Assembly (NCBI RefSeq): GCF_004010195.1
Contig: NC_057756.1
Coordinates: forward strand, 5,028,805 to 5,064,599
Length of the DNA: 35,795 bases
Source of the DNA: Chiloscyllium plagiosum
Lineage: Eukaryota
Direction: 5' to 3'
Position numbers and translations under genes: made by a program. Positions 31,270 to 35,795 of the stretch are shown in pieces (within the stretch, counting starts at the first letter, position 1; every line of letters begins with the position of its first letter). The notes below the pieces were generated by a model, which saw only the letters and a program-made list of their open reading frames with translations, made no database searches and was not told the DNA's origin.

Positions 31270-32875
31270 GAGCGTGTGATCTGATCAAGGGATTTGTGAG
31301 TTGTACAGATAGTAACAAACACTGGGATGCATATTGAAGCTGTAATGTAACCGAGGGATTTAGGGAATTTATATATAGAATAATAAGTATTCTGGACAGA
31401 CTTACTGGCTGGAATCAAATGACAATCTTTGGGGTGCGCATTTATATAATTAGGGATAACGGGCTACGGGCTGCAATTTAATCCCGGAGATTATAGGACG
31501 ACAGGCCGTGCCTTATTGGCAATGCTTCCCGTCAGTAATCCAGGGCCCGAGGCGGTTTTCTTGTGTGGATTTGAGTCCAAATCCCACTGTAACTAGACAC
31601 AATAATAAACGCATTATGTCACTGACGTCACTGAGGGGAGGAAATCTGTTGTGCTTTACTTGGTTTGACCTGCAGGGATCGCCAGACACACAGCAATATG
31701 GCAGACTCTTGACGCTGTTCTCTTGGCTCACGCAGAAGTGCCTGCTATCCCTAAGCTTATATATCAAAAATAGGCAGTCAGGAGTGAATTTCAGACTGGA
31801 ATCTAATCGAGGGGCTCAGCGTGGGTTATATATAGAATAACAGATACCCGGGAGGGAGTTACAGACTGGAATCTAATTGAGGGGTTCAGGGTGGTTTATA
31901 TACAGAATAACAGATACTCGGGAGGGAGTTACAGACTGTAATTTAATCGAGGGGTTCAGTGTGGTTTACATATAGAATAACAGGTACCTGAGATTGAGTT
32001 ACAGACTGGAATAACCCGAGGGTTTCAGGGTGATTTATATACAGAATAACAGATACCTGGAAGTGAGTTACAGACTGGAATCTAATTGAGGGGTTCAAGG
32101 TGGTTTATGTCCAGAATAACAGATACCTGGGTGTAAGTTAAAGACTGGAACTGAATCAAGGGGTTCAGGCTGGTTTACATACAGAATAACAGATACCCGG
32201 GAGTGAGTTACAGACTGGAATCTAATCAAGGGGTTCAGGGTGGTTTATATACAGAATAACAGATACTGGGAGTGAGTTACAGGCTAAAATCTAATCGAGG
32301 GGTTCAGGGTGGTTTATATATAGAAGGACAGGTACCCGGGAGTGAGTTACAGACTAGAATCTAATCGGGTTTAGGGTGGTTGGTATACAGAATATTAGAT
32401 ACCCAGGAATGAGTTGCAGACTGAAATCGAATCGAGGGGTTCAAGGTGGTTTATATACAGAATAACAGATACCCATGAGGGAGTTACAGACTGGAATCTA
32501 ATCGAGAGGTTCAGGGTGGTTTATATACAGAATAACAGATACTCGGGAGGGAGTAACAGACTAAAATCTAATCGAAGGGTTCAGGGTGGTTGATATACAG
32601 AATAACAGATACCCGGGAGTGAGTTATGAACTGGAATCTAATCGAGGGGTTCGGGGTGGTTTATATATAGAATAACAGCTCCTTGGGAGTGAGTTACAGA
32701 CTGGAATCTAATTGAGGAGTTCGGGGTGGTTTATATACAGAATAACAGATACCCGGGAGTGAGTTGCAGACTGAAATCTAATCAAGTGGTTCAGGATGGT
32801 TTATATACAGACAAACAGATACCCGGGAGGGAGTTACAGACTGGAATATAATAGAGGCGTTCAGTGGGTTTATAT
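31270..32875 (-). repeat. Same 70-bp satellite in reverse orientation (degenerate units 31270-31450, SINE relic 31500-31730, ~15 clean units 31785-32875)
   Basis: gagttacagactggaatctaatcgaggggttcagggtggtttatatacagaataacagatacccgg repeats. Confidence 0.95.
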
Positions 32876-33582
32876 TGTTATGACACGGGGTAAACCCTCC
32901 TGCTTAATTTAAAACCAGCAACACAGAAAAGTTTTATCCTGTGCAGTAATCTGTAAACATTTAAAGAACTATTTAAAGTAAAAATTAATAACTTTATTTC
33001 TTAAAGTACAGCAGAGAATAATTAATGAACGACGATGTGTAAGTCCTTCCTCTAACCTATCTGTTACCTTCCCTTCTATTATACTAGCCTGATAAAATTC
33101 CAAAATAAGATTTACAAAACAACACTTCTTATCTCAAAACTAGGCAGCTGTAGATTCTTCTATTTAGATCTTCCCGTGTCTTCTTTTCTTCTTAGGAATT
33201 TCGGTGTCACAGGTTACTGATCGGAAAGGTACCTTTTAAGAGAGCTATGTTTCATGCAGACTGTTTACATGCTGTGGCTTGGCAGTTCTCCTCCCAACTG
33301 TTCAATTTTCCCCTTTCTTATACCCCCCAAAGCATCAGATTGTGTCGTTGGCTTTTAAGATTGTCGATATATTCAATTCAAACTGGATTGGAGTTTGGTA
33401 TTTGTTCGGGGTAAAATTTAAACCGATTGGCCGAATTCAAATTTGCTTTTGTCTCCAGGCAACGAGCTAATCAAATTGTTCGACCAAGTGTTACATTGTT
33501 GCCTTAGTGAGAACACTTGGTGCTGTGTTCGGTAGTTCTGCTGCTTTTAACTCTGTTAAAGTATACCCACATCTTCATAACA
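32876..33582 (-). mobile_element. 3' LTR (707 bp) of a gypsy-type LTR retrotransposon
   Basis: Termini TGTTATGA...TCATAACA (8-bp inverted). Minus-strand PPT AAGGGGGGGAGG at 33583-33594 abuts the LTR. Minus-strand CCAAT (33426, 33387), TATAAG (33317-33322) and AATAAA (~32993-32998) occur in the expected order. Confidence 0.9.
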
Positions 33583-34495
33583 CCTCCCCCCCTTAAGAGA
33601 AAAATGAACTAACATAATGAAAAGACGGCTTCATTTTTTCTCTACTGTTAAAAACACATCCTTCTAACATACAGATAACTTTAAGATAAGTTCACTTCCC
33701 ATATGCCTACACACAAAACATTACATAAAGACAAATCTCATTTAAACTCCATCAGTTAAATCCGCGATAATGCATCTGCGATTATATTCTTCTGACCCGT
33801 AACATATATGATTTTTAAATTAAAAGTCTGTAATGCAAGACTCCAGCGAAACAGTCTCATATGTCTGTCCATCCATCCCACAAATTAACGCTCTCTCAGG
33901 TAACAGATCAGAAACAGAGCATTTTCACATATCTCTTATTATTACAGACTGGTTAGATCCGTATCTCTCAAAATTATAACTTCTTGCCCTCCTCCCCCTG
34001 ACCTTTCTGAGTGAACTTTACCCACAGGGGTGAATGCTTTATACAGATTAGGCACTAAGTCCATCCCCAGCCCCTGCCTGAGCTGTGCACTCTCCTGCAG
34101 CTCCTCGGCTCTTCTTGTGGTCTCCTTTACTACTTTCACTAATGTCACTGGCTTCGCTTCTTTTCCCACACCTTTTCCCACAATGCCTTTCTTTAATGGG
34201 CAGCACTGTGTCTCTATGTGTTCCACCTTATGGCAGTGACAACGCCTTTTCCCAGTGTCCTTCTGAAATCACCAGCACAGTCATTTTCCGTGTTCCACTC
34301 CATTACAGTGGAAACACTTGAGGCCTTTCACCTTCTGACAACTTGGGCTTCGTTTCATCCTGTGGTAAACTATTACCAGTGCTCGCTACTCTTGGTTTCA
34401 TAGTGTAGGATCTCCACTTCTCCCAACTTCTATTCCTCCCAGGACAAAATTCCGGCCGGAAGCTTGCCTTATGCACCAACATGTACTCATCTGCT
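33583..34495 (-). mobile_element. Internally deleted gag/pro/RNase H remnant of a Gmr1-like Ty3/gypsy element
   Basis: Gag ADEYMLVHK; two knuckle remnants (CFHCNGVEH, CHCHKVEHIETQC); protease-like VIILRDT; RNase H end MRLFRWSLALQTFNLKIIYVTGQKNIIADALSRI* at 33860-33756. Confidence 0.85.
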
Positions 34496-35045
34496 GAGGA
34501 TTGGAATCTAATTGAGGGATTCAGTGGGTTTATATATAAAACAATAGATACCCCAGAGTGAGTTACAGACTGGAACCTAATTGAGGGGTTCAATGGATTT
34601 ACAGATAAAACAATAGATACCCTGGAGGGAGTTTAAGACTGGAATCTAATTGAGGGATTCTGTGTGTTTATATATAACACAATAGATACCATGGAGTGAG
34701 TTACAAACTGGAATCTAATTGAGGGGTTCAGTGGGTTTATATATAAAACAATGGATACCCATGAGTGGATTACAGCCTGCAGTATAAACAAGTGGTTCAG
34801 TGGGTTTAGATATACAGGATAACTCACTCTAGGGAGTGAGTTACATATTGGAAACTAATTGAGGTGTTTGTGGGGTTTGTATACACAATGACAAACTCCC
34901 AGAGGTGATTACAGACAGTAAATTACTCTAGAGGTTCAAAGGGGGTTTACATATAGAAAGCAAATACATGGGAGTGAGTTACAGACTGGAATCGCATTGT
35001 GGATTTTAGCGAGGTGGGGCTTATGCATAAAATTTCAAATTCCCA
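34496..35045 (-). repeat. 69-bp variant of the satellite, decaying rightwards
   Basis: gga(a/c)(t/c)ctaattgagg-type motif at 34503, 34572, 34641 and 34710 (period 69). Confidence 0.9.
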
Positions 35046-35048
35046 GGG

Positions 35049-35795
35049 GTTAGGGTGGGTTTAGAGTTCAGGGTAGGAATGGGGTTAGGGTTCGGATTAA
35101 GAGTAGAATTACGTTTAGAATTAGGGCTAGTGCCATGGTTAGGACTAGAGTTAGGACAGTGTAGGTTTAGAGTTAGATTTAGGGCTATGATGAGGTTGGG
35201 GCTAGGGCTAGGGTTAGGATTTGATCTAGTTAGAGTTAGGGCGAGGGCTAAGCATAGGGTTAGGCCTAGGATTAGGGTTACGGTTCAGGCTAGGATTTGG
35301 GCTCAGGTTAAGATTAGGGCTTGAGCTAGTGGAAGGGCTAGGGTTGGGGCTAGAGGTAGGCCTAAGGTTAGGGTTAGGTTTCAGACTGGGATTTGGCCTT
35401 GCATTAAGTTAGAGTTGGGGCTGGGTCTAGGCCGAGGGCTTGGGTGTGGGTTCGGGCTGGGATTTGGGCTAGGACTAAGGTTAGGGCTATGATTAGCCTT
35501 AGGCCTCTGGTTAGAGTTCGGGTTAGAGCTAGGCCTAAGTTTCGTATTAGGGTTCGGGCTAAGATTTAGGTTAGGGTTAAGATTAGGGCTCGGGTTAGGG
35601 TCAGGGTTAGGGCTAGGGTTTGGGTTTTGCTTACGGATAGGTTTAGGGTAAGGTTTAGCGGCAGTATTAGGTTTAGACTGTGGGTTGGGATTACCGTTAA
35701 GAATATGGCTAGGTTTAGGGTTTAGGTTAGGTTTATGAAAAGTGCTAAGATTAGGTTTGATTTAGGGATTGGGTCAGGGTTTGGTGTAGGGTTAG
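35049..35795 (+). repeat. Degenerate telomere-like hexamer repeats (TTAGGG, CTAGGG, TTAGAG, TTCGGG, TCAGGG variants)
   Basis: 6-bp periodicity, G-rich strand on +, runs to the window end. Confidence 0.9.

Noticed and set aside
28560..32875. Regular repeats superficially like a CRISPR array
   Set aside because: Whole units repeat with no unique spacers; eukaryotic satellite with no cas genes.
35055..35324. 89-aa LGLG/RVRV ORF
   Set aside because: Translation of telomere-like hexamers.

Overview
Repeat-saturated eukaryotic DNA with several assembly gaps, almost certainly from a shark or other cartilaginous fish. It carries many HE1-type V-SINEs and their partner HER1/CR1 LINE 3' ends, Penelope-like (GIY-YIG) fragments and termini, and other LINE/SINE relics. 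No complete host gene is recognisable; most ORFs in the track are CR1 RT C-termini, SINE read-throughs or gap artefacts. Non-repeat islands are a candidate terminal exon (189-303) and CpG-rich, motif-dense stretches at 8830-9460, 17090-17680, 22330-22715 and especially 25860-27480 (possible bidirectional promoter with IRF/STAT/NF-kB/YY1/ETS/CCAAT-like motifs). The right 7 kb looks subtelomeric: two oppositely oriented 70-bp satellite arrays, an internally deleted Gmr1-like gypsy LTR element inside the second array, then degenerate (TTAGGG)n-like repeats. Best leads are minimal hammerhead-ribozyme cores in Penelope termini (one inside a 69-bp-arm palindrome), SINEs whose TTAGGG-containing 53-bp core has expanded into tandem arrays, and a head-to-head SINE palindrome. 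I found no convincing wholly new system. All coordinates and family calls are by eye, with no database search.
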